Assembly: GCF_964194025.1 (NCBI RefSeq)
Contig: NC_134477.1
Span: forward strand, 56,482,001 to 56,546,000
From: Convolutriloba macropyga
Lineage: Eukaryota
Direction: 5' to 3'
DNA: 64,000 nucleotides
Shown: one piece after another, positions 40,774-53,171 of the stretch
Layout: each line of letters opens with the position of its first letter
Numbering within the stretch: position 1 is the first letter of the stretch
Notes under the pieces: model-generated
The model's input: the letters and a program-made list of their open reading frames with translations, nothing else
Database searches by the model: none
What the model was told of the DNA's origin: nothing
Position numbers and translations under genes: made by a program

Positions 40774-43700
40774 GGGCTAAACGGGTTTGGTGGAATGTGT
40801 CAAAGTGCGCGACAGACCCCCCCCTTTTCCCACTACTTGTATGTATTGACACAAAAATTTCCACAGAAATTTGATTTGATGAAATCATGAAAGAAAAATT
40901 GAGTTACCCGCGATATAGTTAGCGTCAGGAACTTGAATGGTATTTGGAAAACACAAATTGCACGCCGAAAAACCTATTTGATTGGGCAAAACCACTCTGC
41001 AATTAAAATCTGAGAAAAGACATGTTTTTAAGCATTCAAGCCTTGATAGGCGTTTTCACAAAATCTTTTCAGGACATGACAAACAATTGCTAGAAGAGCA
41101 GTTTAGAATGAAAAAATCTTGTATTAATCATTAATTTTTGTGCCCAATTGAAAGAAAAATTCAAAATTATTACACATTGAGTGCTTTTTTCATACGATCA
41201 TAGAAAAATTGTACAGAGGTGTTAAGTTTGGTAAAAAGAAAAACTTGGTTTCTATGCCTTGGGGCCTATTTTGCTCTTTGCATTATAGAACACTTTAAAG
41301 AGTTTTTATCTTGTCGAAAAATGCCTCTGATGCACTATTGCCCTCACTTGTATATTACCCCCCCCCCCCTCACTACCCATTTCCCCCTTATCTTACATCG
41401 TTTTACCCCCTATTCTTACATCTTTTTGGGGATAAAACCTAAAACTTCCCCCCATTACTCCCTGATCGTACAGTTTGGGGGGTAATTTTCACGGTCGTTT
41501 CAGTCGAGTAATAACTCGAAAGCTGAAAAGGTCAAATTTTCTGTTCATCGAAAGCAGTAATGTGATATAATTTTGAAGTACTTGTGTAATGTATGGTTTT
41601 TTAAAACTGTCAAATATGTGTCAGATGTTAGCAATGGTAATCAATAAAATTGGATCAAAAAATTTGGGTCAGTGAAATATTTGACAATAATTGCACAGCT
41701 CTTATGAGCGGTTATAGAGTTGCAATTCTTTCATTCAAATTTCAAAGCGCCGATAACGCTATTCAGTTCAATGACCAGGATAGAATTTTGGTTCTCGGAA
41801 CTGGCAATTACTATTACCCCAATTATTATCTCACTAGGTTGAAATTTGACTATTTAAGGAAGAATTAAGCCAAATTTATCGAATTAATAGCCAAAATTTT
41901 TCAACTGAACCGAGCTAATTTGCTGATTCAATAAAAATGGTTTCGTGTGTGATGCTAAATGATTGTTATAGTATTTGGTTGATCAAATCTTGTCAGAAAG
42001 TTATCAAATATCGAATATAAAATCTTGGTCTTTTGAGTAGATGTTTTGTCTGACTATACAAATGGTTGTTGAAAACATTTGAGTTATAATTTTAGATTTA
42101 GATCTTACTTGTTTTGTGATTTTCGTGGCGGCTGTCCGTTCTTAATTGGTCGATTTCTTAAACTCAATCTTAGATTTCGTGTTCAAAATCAAATTCTATA
42201 ATTATGCTGCTACCCCTGTAGTCCACAAAAACCTCAGTGCAACTGGAAAAAATGGTTTCAAATTTTGCGGGGTCATCCTTCGTTAATCGATTTTTCGCTT
42301 TTTCGTCCTCAAAAACGAGATAAAGAGGTAAAGAGCGGTGGGCATTCAGTTCTCTTAGAGCCGTACGGCTCACTAGTCATATATACACGATGATAATTGA
42401 GTTAGAAATTCAATTTTTGGGTGCCATTTGTATTGAATGGAAAGGACAGATTTCAATTTTTAGGTCGCTTAATTTTTATAATAATTTTTTTCGCAAACCA
42501 AGACTTTAAAATCTCCATAATTTGAAACCGCTTTTATCAGTTGCCTCAAACCTTGAATGCTAAATCAAATTGTATATTTTCCATGAAATTTTATTTTGTT
42601 ACTCGCTTCCAAAATTGTGAATTCTCAATCCTAAATTCGATAATGTATTCTTTTTCTTTTCAATCTGCTGTAATTTTGCAGTTTTGCTGTCTGCATAACG
42701 TTGTGACGATGTAAACTACTTGAATATGTGCTGAAATGATTTGTTATTATATTATTATTACTATTGTAGTTGTTGCAATTACCTGTAGATGAGAGCTTGC
42801 ATCAATCGAAACTTGTTCTATATTTTGTCTGTTGATAATCAAATCAATCAATTGTTGAATCAATTTCCCATTTAGATTGAAGCTATGCCTAAAGTCAGTT
42901 TTTCAAAAGTTAAAAGAACCACTAGAGCAATTTGCGCACAATGTTTCAAACCCGCTTATCCATATTCCGGGCTTGATTGCTTACCAAATGAAGCACAGAT
43001 AAGAACTTTGTATATAATTCAGAGGAATTCATGCGTTGTCATTCAAAACTTGGGTGCTCAAATCCCTTGCCAGCGTTTTTTCCACTAGAACGGACAAAAA
43101 TTGAACCGAGCAAAACTTAAAATCGAAAAAAATGAGTCAATCTGATACAACTTAAGCAGAAAAAATAATTGCAGAAAGCAAGGCTTGTAAACACCAAATT
43201 TTGCCAATTGACGAAAATCAGATTCTGAATTAATGTTTTATCCTGTTCAAATCAAAGTTCAACAACGAACGATTTTTTTGGTTTATCGATATCTAGCTTG
43301 GGCGAACTCGATTTAATTGCAACTATATTTTGTGTTCTCAATTTACAGGTAATAAGAGGATGCAGAAGTCTTTTTTTGTGATGTGAGACATGCATGCTCG
43401 ACAAATTAATGATCCAAATCTCATAAATGACCTAAAACCCTCGTGAATGGAACAATAAATGATCTCACGCACACAAATTCATCTGAAAAATTCGCCCGTT
43501 GACTTCATGATGGGTGATCAGATCGCAACATAAATCGAAGAAGGCGACGAAAAAAAACTATCAGCATAGTTCCTGAATTACAACCCAGAGAAATGGAGAT
43601 TAATCTGATCACTGATTTTTACAGTAAAAACAGCCGCCTTTTGCATTCAACCAAGCATACGCCAAAAATAAACAGTACAGCAGAAAAAGAATTCCTTTCT

Positions 43701-45369
43701 CTTCAAAAACTAGTTGTTTTATATCTTAACCAATTAAAACAATTTGAAGAAGTTCACTCCACGCGTCATTATAAAATATACACGAGCTTTGCGGAAAGAC
43801 ATTAGGAAACAAAGTGAAGAAAACTAAACAGCCTATGTTTGGCAAAACCCAAGGTGCTTTTTAAAGTTATGGTGTCTACGTTGATATAACACAAACCATT
43901 TGATGCTACAAAGCAGGTATTATCAAGAGACAAAGCAGCAGAAATTATAAGACAAGTGAATAAAAACAGATAAATTAAAAATCGAAAAGTAGCTAAAACT
44001 GTTCGAAAACAAAAAATGAGCACTTAGTAAATTACACTAACTGCAAACTGAAAATTTTTTTTCAGGAAAAACTTCGACTAAAATCTACTGAACTCGAAAA
44101 ACGCGATACATTTAGAAAATGATAAGCGATACATTTAGAAAATAAACAACCAGTATCGTCGAAACTAAAAAAATCAATATTTTAAAAACAGGGGATCGGT
44201 GTCCCAAACACCGCCAGCCATTGACTGAAAAAATCATATAGAATATTTCAGAGGTTTTCAGTGATATTGCGCCAAGTTAACTAAATTCATTAGTTTCCCA
44301 GTGATTTATCAAAAAATCTATACATCTATTATAACACATCTATCACACTTAGTAACATCTAGAATGCTATCAAGAGAAAAAGCATCAAAAACAAGTCAGA
44401 TTGCCACACGTGAAAAAAATTCCTGGAAACCGAAAAGCAGACCAATTTCTTAGTTCACTTCCAAGCAATTGCAAAATGTTCACGCCCTAAAACTGCTCAA
44501 TTATCTGCTCGTTTTTACCACTCTTGCGTAATTATAATCACTAATGCTTTTTGACTTATTTACATAAAATCAGAAAGGTTGTTGACATATCTTGAAGAAG
44601 ACAACGCACCAATATAATAGAAACATATGTTTTTATTCCAAATTTTAACATAATTATGTAATTACGGTTAATTGTTTTAAATTATTATAACACTGGCAGA
44701 AAAAGTTTGGAAGAGGTGAATGAAAATAGTGAAAATCAGATGTTCACAAGTTACTTTAATAGTTACTAGAAAACAATGAAAGTCGAAAACACTCGAATAG
44801 AAATTAACGAGGAATATGGCAATCGGTCAAAAATTTGCAAAAATTGACAAAAAAAAACAGTTGAGCATATAATGCTCAAAGCAAATATTATTTTAAAAAA
44901 CGGGCTAATTGGTGTTGGAACAAACGAACAGATTATGGGAGAGCATCGTAGAAATTGAAATATTTGCAGAAAGCCGAGCAAACAGTTTTTACAGGCTCAA
45001 TTGTCTACTGCTTTTTTAGCAATTGAAATTATCAACTGATAGATTTTGAACGAAACTAAAGCAATTTAAATCTTACGGCAAATAAAAACTCGCAGGACAA
45101 AAATTTTGTTGAAACAATTCTTTCATTTGTTAAAGATCCGTCTAAACTTCGACAAATTAAGTGACCTTGTGAAGTTTTGAAATCCGTTCATCTAAGTCGA
45201 TTGGAACGATCTTGAAAATACAGTGGTAGACAAAATCAGTCTTTTAAATGACATTGACACTCAAAAATTGGCATCTCTTGCCTTCGGGCGATTTAGTTTG
45301 TTGGATGTTTCTCGTTTTTCAGTAATTTGTATTTCAGTTAAATGTTTTTTCTATTTTTCAGAGTGGAAA

Positions 45370-45405
45370 ATGAACAGTGGAATTGCTGATCCAGAGCTGC
45401 GAAAG
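45370..45405 (+). CDS. PFDN1: Prefoldin subunit 1, coding exon 1 (MNSGIADPELRK)
   Basis: ATG at 45370 and donor GTGAG at 45406. It matches the D.EL(K/R)K N-terminus of PFDN1 and joins the next exon in phase 0. Confidence 0.8.
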
Positions 45406-46117
45406 GTGAGGACAATAGTTTTAACTGAATTAACAACAGTTACTTATTTTCAAAGGACCGCACGGAATTCGGTTACGTTCAAAATCATTATTCTATCTTT
45501 TGAATCTAGACCAATTCCTCAAAGTTCTTGTAAGTCTCATGTAATAACATAGCAAAGCGGAATTCAGTTAGGCGCTCTTCAATTTTGGTCGCTCGGCCAA
45601 TTCGGGTCTTTCTTTGCGGTATAATTTTTTTCTGCTTCAAGTTCTGCATCCACGTGTAGTCTATTTATTTCGATCTTGCGCAGTTACATTTCCTTTTTGC
45701 GTGGCTGACTGCTGCCTTCTTTTTTAAATGGTCAACTAAAACGAAAATCGTGACATTTATGTCATCTTCAAAACTTGTATAATTTGTTGATCGAACAAAC
45801 AGACTGTTTACAAAAAATATCTAGTTGTCAATTCTTCAAATGAATTTTGGCAGCCTTTGAATAAGTAGCGAACATACTTTTTCTCATTACTGCAGTTTTT
45901 AAAAACACGTGCAGTTGACAATTTGTTTGGTGAAAAAATGCTTGGTAAAAAATGGCGTCTAGCCACTTCATTATAAATGACAGAAGAAAAATAAGACAGA
46001 AGATTTTATATATATTTAACATCATATATATAAAAGGATTGAGCCAACTGCTACCAAAGGCAGGGCATCGCCAGACGTTAAACAGGAATCAAGCTGAAGT
46101 TAGTCTGTTACCTTTTT

Positions 46118-48078
46118 AATAGTCGCCGTCAGCCTCTCAACGGCTATTATTTAGGCGCTCTCCTTTTTTACAATCCAAAGTATTTGGATTGCATTGGTGT
46201 GCTGTCTTTTTTATGATCTGTTCACGATTTTTTCGGTTTTTTCACGTCAGTGAGAAGTCAAATTAGAGTGTTGATTTTAGTCACGCCGAGGCAGTAAAGG
46301 GAGTTGAAATTAGAATGAAATTGAGACGTGATGTTTTTTTTTTCAAACTGCCTTTAAAGTGGAGTCAGAAATTTGTTTGAACAGATTTTCGGTTTTTGAG
46401 AGGGAATTTTTTCCACGTGAGTCAATTCACTTATGTTTTCAGTGTTCTTTTCCTTGAGTGCTTTTAGTGTGATACATATGTGTTCTAATTGCGCCCATTT
46501 GCGATTGTTTGAATTCAAGGTGCTGAATTCAAGATGTTCATTAAGGTGCAGCTAAAACTTTTATGACTTCGACAATTTTTTTGTCATGAAATTTAAGTGA
46601 ATATTTGACTTTGCCCGTTTTTCAAAATTGTTTGGTTGTGTTTTTATTCAGTATCATCAATAACAGGTCTGATTGGTTGATAATAAGGCGCGAACGAACC
46701 TAATTAATGGTTCGAGTTTACAGCTTAATAGTTTTCATGAAATTGACTACTTTTTCTTAAAATTTCTTGTTGTAATTTTGTTTTTTGTCTTATCATTTAT
46801 TCTCATTAAGGAACGGCCTAGCAAATTGCTTATAGGGGCTATTTTAGTCGATTGAATTGTTTCTGATCAAAGCTGACGATTTCTATTACTTTAACACTAA
46901 TTGTTTTCAAAAGTTGAATTTTTAATTTCTCAATTTTTTGTTAACTTTGTTATGTTATATCTAGGCCTCTTTATTAAAAGGTTTCATTGGTTTCTCAGAA
47001 AGATTTAATAAATGCATATAATCTTCTCATTTATTGCTTCCTTCTACTTAAAAACTTTCCCTTTTTTAAAAACTTACTGAATTTTTTTCATTTTGCCAGT
47101 GTTTGTACGTATTGCTGTGTTATCCCTCAATCTCATTAATGACAGGTCTCATCGGTTGCCAATGAGGATTTAGTTTCTTGAAGTAATTTTATCAGTCGGT
47201 AGCTATTTGCCTTCAAAAAGTTTTAGCTAGTTTGCGAATTTTTTTTGCCGTATCATTGAATATCATTAGTGACAGGTTTCATTGACATTTAATGAGAGGT
47301 TGCTAAAGAGAAATAAGGGAAAATAATTGGTTGCTGGAGTCCAAAGATATCGGTTTTTGATTTGGACCCTGTCTTTTAAAAAAATAAAAGGTTGTTTTTT
47401 GAGTCTTGATTGTTTTTGTTGTTCTTGAGGACTGTGTCAACAGTACCAAAACTAACATTTGCTATTGGCCTTCTAATGCGATGGCATTTTTTGCCAGGTC
47501 ATAAGTTAATTCAGTTCTTTGGATTGTATTTGAGGACTTGTCCTGCTATGTTTTGTGCATTCATTTTACCTGTTGATTACGTCTTTCGTTTTACATAAGT
47601 ACGATGTTTGACTTCTGACTTACTTCACTCACTGATTCAACTGAATGGATTTCAAATTCTTTCACGCATTGAATTACGTAATAAGCGAATTGATTCAACT
47701 GAATGGATTTCAAATTCTTTCACTTATTGAATTACGAAATAAGCGAATTCGGTCAAAGTCGAAAAAGCAAAATCAAAAGAAACGGGATAACGATATAAAG
47801 CCCGGTCATTACGTCATATTGCGTTAGGTTATCAAAGTTCATTAAGGCGATTGCCAGTTGACATTAGTATTATGCTTAATAGCGTTCGGTTTAGAAGCTG
47901 AATTAAGTCTGATTGTAGAATCTAACCGTATATTCTCAATTTGCACACTAAATAACACTTTGACTCGTCGAAAAATGCTGAATTTATATATCTTAATTTT
48001 TACTCTTTCTGTTTTAATCAGAATGTGCGTCAAGCGGGTCAACGGCGGCTATTTTCCGGCAATGTGCCAGCTATTTTT
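46118..48078 (+). mobile_element. ~2-kb HINE-like element (second subfamily) in PFDN1 intron 1, with decayed central tandem repeats
   Basis: AATAGTCGCCGT (46118) / ACGGCGGCTATT (48042) is an 11/12 inverted match, followed by the hairpin CCGGCA-ATG-TGCCAG and CTATTTTT. The motif TCATTA.TGACAGGT.TCAT recurs internally at ~46651, 47131 and 47261. Confidence 0.65.
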
Positions 48079-48144
48079 AATTCTGATTTCTATTGCATTT
48101 TCTATCATTCAGAAATGTAAGGCACTGTGCTAATTTTGTGGCAG

Positions 48145-48505
48145 TTTAACTATAGCGGAGCGTAGCTATATTGCGGTTTTATTGTTTTTTTGTTTCTTCG
48201 TCTTTTTTTGGTTTTACTTTTTCTCACACAGCAAAGCTAAGAAAGTCAAAATTTTCGAATGACTTCTTCCTCTCACTGACTGCATCTGCGTGCGCGCTGA
48301 GATTATATAACTCTCTCTAATAAAAGTTTTTAAGGTCATTTGCGTGATTAAATTTTGATCATACGTGACTTAGTTCACTCAATAAATTGACTTTTGCACT
48401 TCAAAAACTTTTCTTTAATATGAATTAGTTTAAGGCTGAGAAACTTTTATAAAAGTTCGTCCCGAATTTAAACAAGCTTTATTAATGAATCGCTGAATGT
48501 TTTTT
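48145..48505 (+). mobile_element. 3'-truncated copy of the 30804-31317 element
   Basis: GAGCGTAGCTATATTGCGG...CACACAGCAAAGCT.A.AAAGTCAAA...GAATGACTTCTTCCTCTCACT...ACAAGCTTTATTA is collinear with 30826-31190. Confidence 0.75.
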
Positions 48506-48876
48506 GAGTGACATCGATCACTACTTCAACTTTTATCCGTATTGGTTTAACTGTGTTCAGCATCCTGGACCAATTTGGTGAAGTTATTGCATATCCCGCC
48601 TGTTGGTTGAGTGAGAGCAATTTTCCGATGTTTAGTCGGTTATATCTTTTTCAGAGTTCTACATGGATCTCAATTTTGTCCCTCCAAAAAATATCGTATG
48701 CCCGAAATTGGCTCATCAGAAATAACATATTGGCATGTAGTTCATAGTTTCCAATTAAATTCGGACGGTTGGAACAACTGGAATCTAAGAATCGGAACCG
48801 ACTGCTTTAGTATTAAGGAATTGGGGACAAATTTTTGAAGTGGCGTGATAAAATCAAAAATGGTTGATCAATTTAG

Positions 48877-49128
48877 GCTTTCAACGAGCTGCAGATGAAA
48901 GTTGTGGATACTCAGAACAAACTCACCTTAGCCGATCAGCAAATAGCAGAATTGCAGCAGAAGACGAAGAGGAAAGAAGTAGCACAGAAACAACTGGAGA
49001 TTTTCCCAACTGAGACTAAGATGTACTTTGGATGTGGCAAGATGTTTGTGTTGGATGAAAAAAGTGAAATTTTGACCAAAATGGGCAAAGATGTTGAAGT
49101 TAATGCTGAGAAAATAAAAGCACTAGAA
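48877..49128 (+). CDS. PFDN1: Prefoldin subunit 1, coding exon 2
   Basis: Acceptor TTTAG and donor GTACGT. It reads AFNELQMKVVDTQNKLTLADQQIAELQ...ETKMYFGCGKMFVL...EKIKALE, a typical PFDN1 beta-prefoldin sequence. Confidence 0.92.
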
Positions 49129-49183
49129 GTACGTACATGTCGAACATTCTCAAATAGTCGCCGTTGGAAATGATTTTTTTGTT

Positions 49184-49409
49184 ATAGCTGCGAAGCTGTG
49201 AGCTGTATTGCAGTGCTCTTGGTTTTTATTGTTCCGCATTGTTTGCAATGAATTTTAACAAGCTTTATTAATTTATCGTTTAATTTTTTACATACCTTTT
49301 TGAGCGGCGTCGATAACTTTTTCAACGTATATCTGTATCTGTTTCTATCTCTATCATACGGCACGCAAGTCTATTCTTTCGCAGCTATTCCGGCAAGCTG
49401 TCGGCTCTG
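49184..49409 (+). mobile_element. Internally deleted (~225-bp) copy of the 30804-31317 element with both ends
   Basis: ATAGCTGCGAA (49184) / TTCGCAGCTAT (49378), followed by the hairpin CCGGCA-AGC-TGTCGG. Confidence 0.75.
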
Positions 49410-49414
49410 TTTTT

Positions 49415-49905
49415 AATAGCCTGCCTCATCTTCTCGGCTGGCTATTGTAGCGGGCCTATTTTTTACAATCCAAAGTATTTGTGAGCTATTTTTATGCTCT
49501 GTTCACAATTTTTTGACTTTTTGATATCAATGAGAGGTCAAATTTTAGAGTGGCCATTTTAAGGACGCTGAACTAGTGAAAGGAACAAAAAACGAGCAGG
49601 TTTGAAGCGTGATTTTTTTAAATTACCTTCAAAATCGAGCGAGGCAATTTTTTTATCAAGTGCGGTAAATAGACTTCTGTTTTCGCTGTTTTTCTCAAGT
49701 TTTTAATAAGATCACACATGTTTGCTAATATTGCATGGTTGTGTTTTTTGAATCAAGGGACAGTTAATGGTTCATATAACTTAGTAAATGTTTGCTCTTA
49801 TAAATCATCAAGGATTTTGTTTGCTCGTTTTTGTAGTTCTTACCGAAGTCCTGTATATTAGTCTCATTAGTGACTGGTCTCATTAACTATTTAATGAGGC
49901 CTAAT
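49415..49905 (+). mobile_element. 5' part of a further HINE-like element directly following the previous one
   Basis: AATAGCC..GGCTATT 5' hairpin, then TTTTACAATCCAAAGTATTTG, which is identical to ~46166-46186. The central-repeat motif occurs at ~49861. Confidence 0.6.
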
Positions 49906-51144
49906 AGACGCTGTGAAAGTTTCAATTGTTACCCTTTATGAGACTGTAGCTAGAAAGAAAGCAGCTTCAGCCGTTTAATTTCAACAGAATCTACAGAAAA
50001 GAAATATTTCCTTTGTTTTGTAAAGGAAAATGCTAGTGCTCCATTTTGTACTGATTCACGACGCCAACTGTATTGAGTACCTATTTTTCCTCTTCAAGTT
50101 CTTAACAATTGGTAGCCAGATTTTAGGAGTCATCTACTTTCATTTCTTTTCAAGTTTCGAATGTCTTTGGGGTACACTTTTCGGGTGTTCTGTCCTCAAG
50201 GGTTATGGTAATCTTATTTATAAATGTCGGTAGAAAAAAAGGATCGTGATAATGCTGACTCTAGATTAACTGGAGGCTAGAACAGAATGAAAAAGGAAAC
50301 TACAACGGAAACTACGATAGCTTGAGGTGCTCTGAGAATTTTGCTCTAATCTTATGCCGCTGACTTTATTGGGACCATTTACAGAACATGCATTTATTTT
50401 GGTCGAATTTCATTTCCATCCATTGGGTTATAGTATTAGTTCAAACAGGTTTACGAAAAACTTTGCGCTATCAAAACTATTGTTAGCAACGCTCGCGGAT
50501 GCAGAAATCGCGTTTTCAATTTCCAACTTTTCAAGATGCAGCTTAACTTTTTTTCAGTTCCGATTGGAAACTAATCTAGTTGCAAGTAATTGCTCATCCT
50601 TGCTCCGGCTGCAGTGTAGTCATTCTTTTAAGTCTAAAATCCTTTGCTTGCGAAGTACGTGATTTTTCTGCCAATTTTCAGGTTGTTGTTTAAAAATCAA
50701 TTTCCTTTTTCTTTTTAGCATTACCTGTTACTTGAGAAGAATATTCAATCTCAAATACTCTTTTGTTGTAAATAATTTTGATTTGTAGGATACTGTAGCA
50801 ATTAGAGATCATGGTATCAAGTATAGTCATGTAATAAAAGTGAAAGCGTTCAAAATGAAATCGGAAATGTAGAAGTCATGATTTTATGTAACCACGTTTT
50901 AGCTTCATAAGCTTTGTTGATTGTCTTTATTAATTGCTCTTGAACGAAGTTCATATCAATTATTGTAAACGCGTGTCTTGTTTTATGCAAATTTTTTGCT
51001 TGACAATTTCGCGCTTTTCTTGAACATTCTTTGACTTCTCAAGTGACTTTTTCACGCTTTCGTTCTTCATTTTTGAGTGATCTCTATTGCTCCGAAGTAA
51101 AGCTTGTTGCTAATATAAAATGGGTTGCAGCATTGGAGAGGTAA

Positions 51145-51406
51145 GTGAGGCGTAGCTCAGTGGTTAGTGCGTGTGGTTGTGGATCGGGAGGTCAGTGGTT
51201 CGAATCCCCTTGGGGGATAGGTTTTTCAAGAGCAATTCTTCCGACATTTGTCGGTTTATGTTCACAGTTGATTTCTCTATATTATTCCATTACAGTAAAA
51301 ATATATATACCGATTGTTTTAAAGGGGAAGACGTATTTAAATATTAAGTTAGGATTCCCCAATTCCTACAGATCTTTAAATTGGTAGTTTGACACATATA
51401 AAAAAA
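51145..51406 (+). mobile_element. tRNA-derived SINE or tRNA pseudogene in PFDN1 intron 2
   Basis: A box TAGCTCAGTGG (51153), B box GGTTCGAATCC (51197) and a GTG anticodon-like loop, but the acceptor stem does not pair. An unrelated body ends in an A-run at ~51400. Confidence 0.6.
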
Positions 51407-51870
51407 TTTTGCGCACCTAAAAATAATCAAAACATTGAACTACTCGTTGTACATCTAGAGCTGTCTTTAAGGTCGGAAATTTTGGAATCGGATATCGAAT
51501 TATAGAGCGAATTTGGTTAAACCAATAAAATTGTCTCTGCTATTTTCTCTTTTCATACAAGTTTTTGACCTCCTGCTGCTTAGCTGAAAAACCGAAATCA
51601 ATGAAAAATTCACTTTGAGTGCAGTTTCTAGCGCAATACAGTTCATATATTTTTGGGACTGCAAAAAATTTTCAACTTTTTTACCAAGCTGTTTTCAAGT
51701 TTGAAGCCTCTGCACTCCAAAATGAGAATTTTGTTAATAACTGCCAATATGCTATAATCAAATTCTAGCGCTCAGGAACACTGTCGTCTTCTGTAGGAAA
51801 CATTGAAGCTGCCGGAAGCTGCCATTTGCATGGAGCTTGTGGGATCCTGACCTACCCCCCTACAAAATTG

Positions 51871-52011
51871 TTTCCGATGAAAATCCTGATTTCTTTCGAA
51901 ATAGAAATTTGTTCAAGTTTCGGCGCTTGATGGAACACCCGAATTCTGCAGTAGACTGCTCAAACTCGAACAAATTTCTATAGCGATAGAAATCAGGATT
52001 TTGGTGGGAAA
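51871..52011. repeat. ~50-bp inverted repeat with a ~40-bp spacer (MITE/foldback-like)
   Basis: AAAATCCTGATTTCTTTCGAAATAGAAATTTGTTCAAGTTT pairs with AAACTCGAACAAATTTCTATAGCGATAGAAATCAGGATTTT. Confidence 0.8.
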
Positions 52012-52155
52012 AAGTTATGGAGCCTGGACTCCCAAACCATCGCCGTCTCCAATTATAAGGGGCGATTTACAATACTGCTGTCTGTGTACCTAAAGTTGTT
52101 CTTTCCTGATTAAAGTCAGGAAAGTAGCGCCCTTAATCATATACGCACAACCCGA

Positions 52156-52709
52156 AGTTTCTCACCCAATGAGCGGGTATATGTGTATCCGTTGATGAGA
52201 GATTAGAAACGTTCGATTATATAATGTTTCGACTTAGTACACGGTCACACAAAACTTAGTTATCTAATTTAAGTAGTTTTACGTTTTTTAAATTGTATCT
52301 TACTTTAAATGGCTAGCTCTACGTCTTATGAGACAATATAAGCTGGGTTGTTTGGGATACGCTTAGGAATACAAGTGTTTTTTTTTATCACGACTGGAAA
52401 ATAAACAATTGCTAAAAATGAAATGAACAAGGAAAACGCTAATACAATCCTTGTGTTCTATAAACAATTTTAGCATCCGTTTCTTTTCCGGTCGTGATAA
52501 AACAATTGAATTTCTAAGCCGCCGATCCAAACAAAACAACTTTGGTCTCAAAATAGAGCTAACCTTTTCAAGTAATATGCCATTTGAAGAGGTAAAAATT
52601 TTCAATTCAAAAACTAATTGACTTCAATAGTCATTTAATCTGAAATTATATAATCGTTATGATCTGCCTTCAACGTGTGCACATACACCCGCTCATCGGG
52701 TGAGAAACT
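52156..52709. mobile_element. ~550-bp MITE-like element with TIRs of at least 40 bp
   Basis: AGTTTCTCACCCAATGAGCGGGTATATGTG (52156) is the reverse complement of CACATACACCCGCTCATCGGGTGAGAAACT (ending 52709), with few mismatches. Confidence 0.7.
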
Positions 52710-53060
52710 AACCTAAAATACCGTTTTGGCGCGTCCACCAACCTTGAACTTAAAGTATTCAAAGTAAAGCTTAAAAATTTTTATTTGAAAGTTTGCTAAG
52801 TACATGTTAAGGTCAGAGAGTTTTAGAAAGTACGGAAAAATGTAGTTATTGTTTTCTGAGTTAAAAAAATGCTAATCCTTGCTCTGGCTGGAGAGAAATT
52901 GTTCTTTTAAGTCTTATAAATCGTTTGCTCCCGAAGTACTTGTTTTTCTTTGCCAAATTTCAGGTTCTTATTCACCTTGAGGTTAAAAAACGTAGGGTAA
53001 AAGATAGTCGTTATGATTTTTAACAAAGGTTTGTATTAGCGTTTTCCTTGTCGATTTCAG

Positions 53061-53171
53061 AGTCAGAAAGAGCTATTAAAAAGAAATCAGAAAGAAGCCG
53101 AGGGAAATATCCGAGAGATGATTGCAGTGAAAAGACAGACCACAACTGGCCAATCAGCTGCTGCCGTTTAA
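53061..53171 (+). CDS. PFDN1: Prefoldin subunit 1, terminal coding exon (132-aa protein in total)
   Basis: Acceptor TTTCAG. It reads SQKELLKRNQKEAEGNIREMIAVKRQTTTGQSAAAV*, matching the KEAE.NIREM C-terminal motif. Confidence 0.88.
   Translation, partial: SQKELLKRNQKEAEGNIREMIAVKRQTTTGQSAAAV

Larger units (their letters stand above)
33350..41490. mobile_element. Decayed, deleted Polinton/Maverick (adintovirus-like) endogenous element
   Basis: It contains a protein-primed PolB pseudogene. It is bounded by a G-rich block (33370-33590) and a C-rich block (41340-41485) that share CCCCAAAA.GATGTAAGA.TAGGGGG(G)TAA in opposite orientation. Exact ends and a TSD were not found. Confidence 0.75.

Noticed and set aside
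47634-47750. 58-bp tandem duplication (similar small ones at ~54480/54647 and 56773/56823)
   Set aside because: These are ordinary local slippage duplications within repeats, with no sign of function.
51145-51218. Functional tRNA-His(GTG)
   Set aside because: The acceptor and anticodon stems pair poorly. It is better explained as a SINE head or pseudogene.
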